DNA of 64,000 nucleotides from Chitinophaga pinensis (lineage in GTDB: Bacteria > Bacteroidota > Bacteroidia > 2-12-FULL-35-15), in contig CAMCUO010000005.1 of NCBI GenBank assembly GCA_945879015.1, forward strand, positions 1,306 to 65,305, given 5' to 3'. The position numbers and the translations under genes are program-made. The notes below the pieces were generated by a model, which did not search any database, had not been told where the DNA came from, and saw nothing but the letters and a program-made list of their open reading frames with translations. Positions 55,761-64,000 of this stretch are shown here, one piece after another; the stretch's first letter is position 1, and every line of letters begins with the position of its first letter.

Positions 55761-58109
55761 ATGAAAAAAATAAGTTTACTATTCTCTTTCCTAATACTCG
55801 TTTCTATTCTTTCAGCTCAGCAAATTCCTATTGGTGCGTGGCAAGAACATCTTTCCTATAAGAATGCCATTTCTGTAGCGGAAGGTAATGGATTAGTATA
55901 TTGTTTAACGACCAGCGGTATTTTCAATTTTAAAAAATCTGATAACTCTATGACTCGTTTATCTAAAGTAAACGGATTGTCGGACATAGAAGGTGTGGTA
56001 GTTAATTATAATCCCTATAACAACAAGTTTTTAATTGCCTATAAAAATTCTAACATAGATATTATTGAGACTGGACAGATTATTAATATTTCTGACATTA
56101 AAAGTAAATCAATTATTGGTAACAAATCCATTAATAATATTTATTTTATCAATCAATTTGCTTACTTATCCTGTGGTTTTGGAATTGTTGTTTTAGATAC
56201 CGAAAGAAACGAAATAAAAGATACCTATTATATTGGTCCATTAGGAGGAGCAATTAATGTTATGGACCTTACTTCTGATGGAACTTATTTTTATGCTGCA
56301 ACCGAAACATGTATTTATAAAGCTTTGGTTAGCAATCCTAATTTATCAAATTACACATCCTGGACAAACATAAATAATGTTGCTACAGGACTTGATTTGC
56401 CAATAGGAATGTTTAATTCAGTTACATCTTTTTATGGAAATATTTACGCAAATTTTTCAAAAAATAGTATGACAGGTGCTTACGGAGAAGATTCTTTATT
56501 TGTTTTTGATGGCACTAATTGGACGCATTTTATTCCACCGGGTTTTCCAATATCAGGAAGTGGCTATGTTTGTCATTCGATAAAAATAAATAATAATCAG
56601 TTGGTTTTAGTTTTGGATGGTTCTGTTCTGACCTATAATTCAACATTAGGTGGAACAGGTTATTATTCAGGATATTTAGGAGATATTACAAGAGCAAAAG
56701 CAGCTGTGCTGGATGCTGCAGGTTCCATTTGGTTTGCTGATAGTAAATTTGGGCTGGCTTCATGGCGGCCAAGCATTGGCTATCAATATCGTTATCCAAA
56801 TGGACCTAGCAGCGAAAGTGTATTAAATATGTGTCTGGAAAAAAATCAGTTATACGTTGCTCCGGGTGGATATGCAAAATATAAAATTGATGGAATATAT
56901 CAATTTAAAGAAGAGCAATGGTATAATATAAGATCAACCTCCACAGCCGTTTCTATGGATTCAATTCAGGATATTATGAATGTTTTAGTAGATCCCAATG
57001 ATCCCAAAAAATTATATGCTACTAGTTGGAATTTTGGTATGTTGGAATTGTATGATGGTCAGCCAGTGAAATTATATAATACTACCAATAGTACTTTGTC
57101 TGATATAGATGCCCCAGGTTATAATATTTGGACCTATGGTTTAGCCGTTGATGAAGGTGGAAATTTGTGGGTAAGTAATTCAGGTGTTAGCAGTTCTCTT
57201 TGTTATAAAAATACTAGTGGCGTTTGGGGAGCATTAGATTTTGAATCAATTATCAATAAGGCAAATGTCGAACAGATACTTATTGATAAACAGGATCAAA
57301 AATGGGTAGTTATTTCTAATAGTGGTGGAGGAATTTTGGTGTATAAAGGAAATACGACTGATCCTCCTGCATTAGGTTCTAATGCTAAAAAATTAACTAC
57401 AGCAGCTGGCAATGGTGGTTTACCAAGCAATGTTGTTTATTGTTTAGCAGAAGATTTAGATGATGAAATTTGGGTAGGCACTGATAAAGGAATTGCTGTT
57501 TTTTATTCGCCAGAAAATGTATTCTCAGGTTCAAATTTTGATGCTCAACAAATTTTGTTGGAACAGGATGGTCAAGTGCAAATATTACTTGAAACAGAAA
57601 ACGTTCTTTCGATTGCTGTTGATGATGCAAATCGTAAATGGATCGGAACTACTAATTCTGGCGTGTATTTAATGTCAGCAGATGGAACAACTCAAATTCA
57701 TCATTTTGATATTTCTAACAGTCCGCTATTCAGCAATACTGTAAAAAGCATAACTATTAATCACGAAACGGGTGAAGTATATTTTGGAACAAATAAAGGA
57801 ATTATTTCTTATAGAGGAACTTCAATAGAGGCATTAGAGAGCTTTACAGATGTTTATGCTTTTCCTAATCCTGTTAAACACGATTATGAAGGGCCAATTG
57901 CAATAAAAGGATTAATGAATAATTCTACTTTAAAAATCACTGACATTAGTGGTGCTTTGGTTTATGAAATGAAATCGGAAGGCGGACAAGCCATTTGGTA
58001 TGGCAAAAATTTCAAAGATGAACGAGTAAGTTCAGGGGTTTACATGGTTTTTTGCACAAGTGAAGATGGAGCTAAAAAAACGGTCACCAAAATATTGGTA
58101 ATAAATTAA
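55761..58109 (+). CDS. Double beta-propeller (two-component-regulator propeller repeats) protein with T9SS C-terminal domain; PorZ-like
   Basis: Signal peptide MKKISLLFSFLILVSILSAQQ and repeated W(I/V)GT..G(I/V) propeller blades (IWVGTDKGIAVF, KWIGTTNSGVYLM, VYFGTNKGIISY). It has a C-terminal sorting tail (AFPNPVKHDYEGPIAIKGL...KTVTKILVIN). Length matches PorZ-type proteins. Confidence 0.65.
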   Translation: MKKISLLFSFLILVSILSAQQIPIGAWQEHLSYKNAISVAEGNGLVYCLTTSGIFNFKKSDNSMTRLSKVNGLSDIEGVVVNYNPYNNKFLIAYKNSNIDIIETGQIINISDIKSKSIIGNKSINNIYFINQFAYLSCGFGIVVLDTERNEIKDTYYIGPLGGAINVMDLTSDGTYFYAATETCIYKALVSNPNLSNYTSWTNINNVATGLDLPIGMFNSVTSFYGNIYANFSKNSMTGAYGEDSLFVFDGTNWTHFIPPGFPISGSGYVCHSIKINNNQLVLVLDGSVLTYNSTLGGTGYYSGYLGDITRAKAAVLDAAGSIWFADSKFGLASWRPSIGYQYRYPNGPSSESVLNMCLEKNQLYVAPGGYAKYKIDGIYQFKEEQWYNIRSTSTAVSMDSIQDIMNVLVDPNDPKKLYATSWNFGMLELYDGQPVKLYNTTNSTLSDIDAPGYNIWTYGLAVDEGGNLWVSNSGVSSSLCYKNTSGVWGALDFESIINKANVEQILIDKQDQKWVVISNSGGGILVYKGNTTDPPALGSNAKKLTTAAGNGGLPSNVVYCLAEDLDDEIWVGTDKGIAVFYSPENVFSGSNFDAQQILLEQDGQVQILLETENVLSIAVDDANRKWIGTTNSGVYLMSADGTTQIHHFDISNSPLFSNTVKSITINHETGEVYFGTNKGIISYRGTSIEALESFTDVYAFPNPVKHDYEGPIAIKGLMNNSTLKITDISGALVYEMKSEGGQAIWYGKNFKDERVSSGVYMVFCTSEDGAKKTVTKILVIN

Positions 58110-58139
58110 TTTTTTAAAGAGCTCCATTGTTGTTAAAAT

Positions 58140-58865
58140 ATGCTTCACAAAACAGGTGGTATAATACTTCAAACAACAAATTACTCCGATACTAGTTTAA
58201 TTGCTAAAATTTACACCGAGCGATTTGGCTTGCAATCCTACATGATTTCAGGTGCTAGAAGCAAAAAGTCAAAAACAAAAGCTTCATTGTTTCGGCCCAT
58301 GGCTATTGTAGATATTGAAGTTTCCAATTCTACTAAATCAAATTTACATCGCATTTCCGAAATTTCTATTCAACATCCCTATTCTGATATTCCATACAAT
58401 ATTGTAAAAAGCTCAATTGCAATTTTTTTAAATGAAGTATTATTCCGGTCTTTAAAAGAAGAACATCCGGATGAGGATTTGTTTTCATTTATAAAAAATT
58501 CATTATTGATTTTGGACATTAAAAATGAAAGTTGTTCAAGCTTTCATCTTTGTTTTTTAGTTCAAATAAGTAAATTTTTTGGTTTCTATCCTCAAGGAAG
58601 TTTTTCTGAAAGTAATTCTTATTTTGATTTGTGTAATGGTAAATTCACTTCTCAAATTCCTAGCCACAACAATTATTTAAATCCAAGCTTAGCTCTTTTA
58701 TTAGATAAAATTATGCAAGCTAAATTTGAGAATATTCATGAAATAAAAATAGATTCAATTCATAGGAAAACAGTACTATATTCTCTCGTTTTTTTCTTCC
58801 AATTTCACATTCCATCCTTCGGAGAAATCAAGTCCATGGCTGTTTTGGAGGAGGTAATCAGTTAA
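58140..58865 (+). CDS. recO: DNA repair protein RecO
   Basis: 241 aa, N-terminus MLHKTGGIILQTTNYSDTSLIAKIYT typical of RecO. Confidence 0.85.
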   Translation: MLHKTGGIILQTTNYSDTSLIAKIYTERFGLQSYMISGARSKKSKTKASLFRPMAIVDIEVSNSTKSNLHRISEISIQHPYSDIPYNIVKSSIAIFLNEVLFRSLKEEHPDEDLFSFIKNSLLILDIKNESCSSFHLCFLVQISKFFGFYPQGSFSESNSYFDLCNGKFTSQIPSHNNYLNPSLALLLDKIMQAKFENIHEIKIDSIHRKTVLYSLVFFFQFHIPSFGEIKSMAVLEEVIS

Positions 58866-58927
58866 ATTTGGATTTTAATCGAAATTTTTGTATGTTTGAA
58901 TATTATAAACCCTTAAACCCTAATCAT

Positions 58928-59542
58928 ATGAAAAAAATTTACTCTTTAATTATTGCCATATCAATTACCCTTTTTAGCATAAACGCATCAGCAGTTACTA
59001 TCGTAGTTATGGTTGGACAAAATGCTAGCGGTGTTGCGGCCAATGAATACAATCCAGCAACTTATACAGCTAATGTTGGTGATGTAGTTGCATTTACTTG
59101 GTTTAGTGGTATGCATAATGTAACGAATGGTTCAGTTCCTGCTGGGGCTGCAACATTTGCATCTGGAACAATGAGTAGTACTGGTGTTTACAATTACACT
59201 GTTACTGTGTCTGGTTCTTATGGTTATTTTTGTTCTTTTCATGCTTCTACAATGTTTGGTGGATTTAGTGCAACAGTAACTGGTATTGCTAATCCAACAG
59301 TTGATTTATTGACAAGTGCTTATCCAAATCCTTTCAAGGATAAATTTACACTTAAGTATGGTGCAGTTGAGTCTATTGATTTGTTTAACATTATTGGTGA
59401 AAAAGTAAAAACTTTTGAATTGCCGAAAAATGAAACAAAAACAGAAATTGACCTTACTGATTTAAATACTGGTGTTTATTTCATCCGTACTTACCATGAA
59501 GGAGTTATTGTTGAAACTAAAAAGATTGTAAAAACTAAATAA
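58928..59542 (+). CDS. Secreted type-1 copper (cupredoxin/plastocyanin-like) protein with T9SS C-terminal domain
   Basis: Signal peptide. Candidate Cu ligands are His in SGMHNV and C-x2-H-x3-M in YFCSFHASTMFG. It has a C-terminal T9SS tail (AYPNPFKDKFTLKY...GVYFIRTYHEGVIVETKKIVKTK). Confidence 0.7.
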   Translation: MKKIYSLIIAISITLFSINASAVTIVVMVGQNASGVAANEYNPATYTANVGDVVAFTWFSGMHNVTNGSVPAGAATFASGTMSSTGVYNYTVTVSGSYGYFCSFHASTMFGGFSATVTGIANPTVDLLTSAYPNPFKDKFTLKYGAVESIDLFNIIGEKVKTFELPKNETKTEIDLTDLNTGVYFIRTYHEGVIVETKKIVKTK

Positions 59543-59562
59543 TCTTTTTTTTGATTTTTTTG

Positions 59563-59601
59563 AAATCGCCAAGAGTAATTCTCTTGGCGATTTTATTTTT
59601 T
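59563..59601 (+). terminator. Rho-independent terminator
   Basis: aaatcgccaagag-taatt-ctcttggcgattt followed by tatttttt. Confidence 0.75.
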
Positions 59602-59627
59602 GTATCTTTATAATAAACATATCTAAA

Positions 59628-60011
59628 ATGAAATCTATTCTTATTTTTTGTTTCTTTTTTATAGCATCAAGCATTGTTTCTGCTCAAGCAGATAAACAAA
59701 ACATAAAAGTGGTTACTAATACCGAACCTTCTTTCCCGAAAGGTGACAATGCTTTGTTTACATATGTTTATATGAATTTAAAGTATTCTGAAGAGTCGAA
59801 AAAAAAATATATTGAGGGTGAAGTTACACTTAGCTTTGACGTGAAGCCTGATAGTACTGTTACAAATGTATCCGTAATAAGTGGTGTTGGATATGGAGTG
59901 GATGAAGAAGTAAAAAAGTTAATTCAATCATTGAAATTTAGTCCCGGTGTTCAAAATGGAACAGTTATTAAAATGAATACGATGTATACATTCCCTGTAA
60001 AAGCTCATTAG
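59628..60011 (+). CDS. TonB C-terminal-domain protein (periplasmic/secreted)
   Basis: 127 aa with a signal peptide and a TonB_C-like core (PSFPKGDNALFTYVYMNLKY...IEGEVTLSFDV...). Confidence 0.65.
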   Translation: MKSILIFCFFFIASSIVSAQADKQNIKVVTNTEPSFPKGDNALFTYVYMNLKYSEESKKKYIEGEVTLSFDVKPDSTVTNVSVISGVGYGVDEEVKKLIQSLKFSPGVQNGTVIKMNTMYTFPVKAH

Positions 60012-60015
60012 AGGC

Positions 60016-61038
60016 ATGAAAATACGCATTCTAATATCGTTTTTAATAATATCTACTGGGATTTATGCTCAACGTAAAAGTCGCAGAAACGATACGTTGC
60101 GTATCTTCAATAAAATTGATACTACTTATATTGAAGATTATCACGATATGTTTACGCTCAGAACCATTGCAGTTGTTCGCTACAATAATTTTACGTTAAC
60201 TGATAATGTTTCTGGTGCCAAAATGCAATATGGTATAAACGATAATCTTAGCATGGGTTTGGGGTTAAGTTTTAAATCAATAGGAGTTGAGTATCAGCAA
60301 AAAATTTATGGTAACTCTATTCAATATTCTTTAGCAACAGGAGGGAACTCAAGGCGTTTTATTTATGATGTTTATTATAGATATACAAAAGGGTTTCGTT
60401 CTCGTGATAGATATTTAACAGGTGATACATTATTAGGTAAGCCTTTGTGGGATTATCTTTACAGACCAGATATTACGAATTACAATGCGGGCTTTAATTT
60501 TTTATATGTCTTTAATAACAAAAAATTTTCAAGTGCGGCTCCATATAGTTTTACACAACGCCAAAAAAAGAATGCGGGTTCTTTGTTGTTAGGAACATAT
60601 GCATTGTTGTATGGACTTACTGCCGATACGGTTATGTTTCCAGATTCATTAAGAAATTCGTTTCAGCCTGAATTACAATTTAAAAATGCGTCCTCTTATA
60701 CGTGGGGCATCTCATGTGGTTATACATACACTGTAACCATTGGTAAATATTGGTATTTGAATATGTCAACTGTGCCAGGTATTTCTTTTCAAGGTTTTTA
60801 TTCCACCAATGCTTTCGATCAAATTTCTTACCAAAATGGATCACTTGGCCTAACATTGCAATCAAAATTTTCAATTGGGTTTAATAAAAAGTTAAATTAT
60901 TTAGGGCTTTGTTATGCTGCAAATAATTATTTGATAAATAATGATTCTCGGTCTTCATTAAATTATAAATTCAGTTCTATAAGAATATATTACGGCCACC
61001 GTTTTGATATAAGAAGTTTTCTTAAAAAGAGATTGTAA
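60016..61038 (+). CDS. Hypothetical outer-membrane beta-barrel-like protein (possibly DUF4421)
   Basis: 340 aa with a signal peptide and alternating aromatic/polar strands, but the C-terminus (...IRSFLKKRL) has no terminal aromatic residue. The family name is recalled, not verified. Confidence 0.4.
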   Translation: MKIRILISFLIISTGIYAQRKSRRNDTLRIFNKIDTTYIEDYHDMFTLRTIAVVRYNNFTLTDNVSGAKMQYGINDNLSMGLGLSFKSIGVEYQQKIYGNSIQYSLATGGNSRRFIYDVYYRYTKGFRSRDRYLTGDTLLGKPLWDYLYRPDITNYNAGFNFLYVFNNKKFSSAAPYSFTQRQKKNAGSLLLGTYALLYGLTADTVMFPDSLRNSFQPELQFKNASSYTWGISCGYTYTVTIGKYWYLNMSTVPGISFQGFYSTNAFDQISYQNGSLGLTLQSKFSIGFNKKLNYLGLCYAANNYLINNDSRSSLNYKFSSIRIYYGHRFDIRSFLKKRL

Positions 61039-61040
61039 TT

Positions 61041-63416
61041 CTACTTCTTCTTACTCACAATTTCAAATTGCTGAATAATAGACTCACCTTCTTCGTCAAC
61101 TAATGTAAGTGTATGAATGCCTTCATCTGGAGTTAAACCCATTTGGTGGTTACTTTGAGTTGTTCCAATAAATACTCCATCCAAGTGCCAATAGATATTT
61201 ATATTTCCTTTGCGATGTGCTACTTGAAAAATTGTTTTTCCCATTGAACCATCAATCTCAACAGGAACATATATTTTACTGAATAGTTTTGGATAAATAA
61301 TTTCCATTCCACTTAATCCAGTTGTTTCGCAATCGCTCCGTAAGGGTGGCAATTCTTTATAAGTGGAGTTTTTCGATTTAAAATAAAATTCCATTGCTGG
61401 TGGCAAAACAAACCAACTTATATGTTTCATTTTATTTACATCCTCGCAATTGCTGTTCACTCTATAAGTTTCATTTGCATCCAAATGAATTAAACGATGG
61501 TATTTGCAGGACTCAGTTCTTAATCCACTTTTTTGTATTCTCACTTCTTCAACAGGTTTACAAATATCAGTTGCGCGAGAACCACTTTGTTTACAAAGTT
61601 TTATTTTTTCCATTTCATCATAGGGAGGAGTAAACCATTTCCCAGGTTTTAATACACTAAAAATATCAAACAGAATTGGTGCAGCAGTTTCTATTCCAAT
61701 CAATCCTGGGCGACCTTCACCATCAGCATTTCCTACCCAAACTCCTACAACATATTTTGGAGTTATTCCTATAGCCCAACCATCTCTATAACCAAAACTT
61801 GTTCCTGTTTTCCAAGCAACTTTTGATGAGGATGTATATTGTTTCCACCCTCCATCTTCATCTGGACGAGCAACTTCAACCATTGCTTCAAACGTAAAAT
61901 AGATGGATGCAGCATCAATGATGGATGAGTTTTCTAAATCAGATTTTTTTTCTTCTTGTAATGTATAATAGGGTGCATGGAAATCATTCCTATCGTATTT
62001 TCCTCCATAGCTTGTATAGTTGTTTAAAGCGCGAGCCATACTTGCATACATTCCAGTTATATCCCATAATTTTCCTTCTGCTCCGCCCAAAATAACTGAT
62101 AATCCATAATGATCTGGAGCACTTGTTAGTGTTGTCATTCCTAGTTTTTTTAGATTGTAATTAAATTTTTCAATTCCATAATTTTGTAGCATACGAACAG
62201 CTGGAATATTTAAACTTCTGGCCAATGCACGCTTTGCTGGAACAGCACCATCAAATGTTTGATTGTAATTTTGCGGAGCGTAACCTGCAATTTGTGTTGG
62301 AATATCTGGAATAAGAGTAGTGGATAATAATTCTCCATCATTTAGCATGCTAGCAAATAGAAATGGTTTTAAAATACTTCCTGTACTTCTAGGAGCGCTT
62401 ATTACATCTACATCTCCTTCGTATTCTGGTTTCCCTTTGTTATTGGTGTTTCCAACATAAGCCAATACATTTCCTGTATTTACATCTAACACAATTGCAC
62501 AAGCATTGTGAATTTCATTTCCTCTTAAAATTTTATGGTGATTTTCAATAATGGTATTTACTCGTTCTTGTAAATGCCCATCTAATGTTGAAATAATTCG
62601 TTGCCCAGAAAAGTTTTCTTTTACAGCTCTTTGTAAAAGATGTGGGGCTAGTTGGGTTATAGCGTGTGGCTTTCCAGGTAATGGTTCTTGTTTGCTTAAT
62701 TCACATGTTTCTTTATCAATAAGTTTTGCTACAAATAATTGATCCAATAATCGGTTTCTTTTTTTGAATAATCGTTCTTGATTTTTTCCTGGATAAATTA
62801 AACTTGGAGCATTCGGCAAAACTGCCAATGTTGCGGCTTCTGCCCATGATAATTTTGATGGCTCTCGACCAAAATATCGCCATGAAGCAGCATCAATTCC
62901 CACTACATTGCTTCCGAATGGTGCATTTGATGCATAAAGTTCGAGGATTTCTTTTTTTGAATAACTGAACTCTAATCTGGTTGCTAAAATAATTTCAATA
63001 AATTTTTCAAAGAATGTTCGTTTTTGCCCTTTTCTTGACATGCGAATTACTTGCATTGTTATAGTGCTTCCACCGCTAATGGTTCGTTTAGCTTCTATAT
63101 TTTGTTTTGTTGCTCTAGCAATAGCTGCAGGGCTTACTCCCCAATGTGAGTAATATCCTCTATCCTCGAATTGAATTATACAATCAATAAATTTTTGAGG
63201 CAATTTTTTTGTTAATGGAAATCTCCATTGTCCATCTTCTGCAATTTTTGCAGCAAGTAATTCTCCTTTGTTATCTTCTAATACTGTACTAGTTTTGTTT
63301 TTAAATAGGGGAGAAGGTAAGCAGAGGCAATACCAAGAAACTAAAATTAGTAGTAGTATCGAAAGTATCCCTTTTCTAGTTTTAAGAAAATTTAATATGA
63401 AAGGAATACGTTTCAA
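61041..63416 (-). CDS. pbpC: Penicillin-binding protein 1C (bifunctional GT51 transglycosylase / transpeptidase)
   Basis: 791 aa with FEDRGYYSHWGV, GGSTITMQ, STGSILKPF (SxxK), SLN, KTGTS and a C-terminal PBP1C-type domain. Confidence 0.85.
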   Translation of the reverse strand: MKRIPFILNFLKTRKGILSILLLILVSWYCLCLPSPLFKNKTSTVLEDNKGELLAAKIAEDGQWRFPLTKKLPQKFIDCIIQFEDRGYYSHWGVSPAAIARATKQNIEAKRTISGGSTITMQVIRMSRKGQKRTFFEKFIEIILATRLEFSYSKKEILELYASNAPFGSNVVGIDAASWRYFGREPSKLSWAEAATLAVLPNAPSLIYPGKNQERLFKKRNRLLDQLFVAKLIDKETCELSKQEPLPGKPHAITQLAPHLLQRAVKENFSGQRIISTLDGHLQERVNTIIENHHKILRGNEIHNACAIVLDVNTGNVLAYVGNTNNKGKPEYEGDVDVISAPRSTGSILKPFLFASMLNDGELLSTTLIPDIPTQIAGYAPQNYNQTFDGAVPAKRALARSLNIPAVRMLQNYGIEKFNYNLKKLGMTTLTSAPDHYGLSVILGGAEGKLWDITGMYASMARALNNYTSYGGKYDRNDFHAPYYTLQEEKKSDLENSSIIDAASIYFTFEAMVEVARPDEDGGWKQYTSSSKVAWKTGTSFGYRDGWAIGITPKYVVGVWVGNADGEGRPGLIGIETAAPILFDIFSVLKPGKWFTPPYDEMEKIKLCKQSGSRATDICKPVEEVRIQKSGLRTESCKYHRLIHLDANETYRVNSNCEDVNKMKHISWFVLPPAMEFYFKSKNSTYKELPPLRSDCETTGLSGMEIIYPKLFSKIYVPVEIDGSMGKTIFQVAHRKGNINIYWHLDGVFIGTTQSNHQMGLTPDEGIHTLTLVDEEGESIIQQFEIVSKKK

Positions 63417-63424
63417 TTAGTATA

Positions 63425-64000
63425 TTAATTGGTAGAATTTTTATTTTTCAATTCGTTTCGCAATTGACGAGCAGTTTTTTTGCTACCATCATGACTCCAG
63501 CCAGGCGGGCCAAAAACATACATAAATTTTGCTTTTAAAGAAGATGATTTACGTAAGTCTTTACCAATATTTATCCATTCATGAAAAACCATTTTTATTG
63601 GGTGATGTGTTTTTATATTTTCTGTTAGTCCATAAATCACTTTCTCTTTTGCATCTTCTGCCACAAATGTTCCAAATAACTTGTCCCAAATGATAAAAAC
63701 CATTCCCATGTTTTTATCAAGATACTTTACATTGCTTGCGTGATGGACTCTATGGTGGGATGGAGTAGACATGAAATATTCAAGAAACCCTAGTTTGTTC
63801 ACTGTTTTTGTATGAATGAGAATGCCGTATATTTGAGTAGCAGAATAAATAAACATAATGTCAATTCCTTTGAACCCTAAAAGTGCTAATGGAATAAAAT
63901 AAATAAAGCGATACAATGGTTGAAAAACAGATGATCGAAATCCTACGGTTAAATTAAATTCCTCAGATGAATGATGCGTAACATGAACAGCCCAAAACAT
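63425..64000 (-). CDS. Fatty-acid hydroxylase / sterol desaturase-family membrane protein (N-terminus probably outside window)
   Basis: His boxes HVTHHSSEEF and HHRVHHASN. The reading frame reaches the window edge. Confidence 0.7.
   Translation of the reverse strand: MFWAVHVTHHSSEEFNLTVGFRSSVFQPLYRFIYFIPLALLGFKGIDIMFIYSATQIYGILIHTKTVNKLGFLEYFMSTPSHHRVHHASNVKYLDKNMGMVFIIWDKLFGTFVAEDAKEKVIYGLTENIKTHHPIKMVFHEWINIGKDLRKSSSLKAKFMYVFGPPGWSHDGSKKTARQLRNELKNKNSTN

Overview
This is a low-GC Bacteroidota chromosomal segment, Flavobacteriia- or Cytophagia-like. The assignment rests on gldF/gldG, several T9SS C-terminal sorting domains, A-rich Shine-Dalgarno-poor leaders, TAnnTTTG promoter boxes, and a str-S10-spc-alpha ribosomal array lacking tuf and adk.

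Layout:
- 1-2549: end of an integrated element. It holds a tyrosine integrase and two cargo ORFs, one with a start/frameshift problem in an A7-C-A7 tract.
- 2.8-13.3 kb: housekeeping genes (gldF, gldG, DUF4340, dnaN, a secreted esterase, isoaspartyl peptidase, glutathione peroxidase, UvrD/PcrA helicase).
- 13.9-33.3 kb: a roughly 19 kb, 17-gene accessory envelope-modification or biosynthetic island. It contains two sulfotransferases and an operon of MBOAT-SGNH fusion, carrier protein, NRPS-type adenylase, acyl-CoA-dehydrogenase-like flavoprotein and flavin-halogenase-like enzyme. It also contains three AspH/LpxO-family dioxygenase paralogs. A tightly coupled KASIII-ACP-KASIII-SDR-GT2-GNAT-DUF808 operon is divergent from a GT-C/TPR membrane protein.
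- 33.6-52.8 kb: 33 translation and transcription genes, rpsL through rplQ, including unlisted rpmD and rpmJ.
- 52.9-64 kb: carA, a TylF-type methyltransferase, a scrambled tRNA-Arg(CCG) locus, then a PorZ-like T9SS protein, recO, a T9SS cupredoxin, a TonB-C protein, PBP1C and a partial fatty-acid hydroxylase. The tRNA locus contains a GIY-YIG nuclease gene, three tRNA relics and four copies of a 40-43 nt double-hairpin insert.

Best novelty candidates:
- The hybrid of Dlt-like export logic with a halopyrrole-type on-carrier tailoring cassette.
- The tRNA-Arg/GIY-YIG/double-hairpin mosaic.

Three families of short palindromic repeats and tandem-repeat hairpins between ribosomal genes are also catalogued. 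All functional calls rest on motifs read by eye; no database search was possible.
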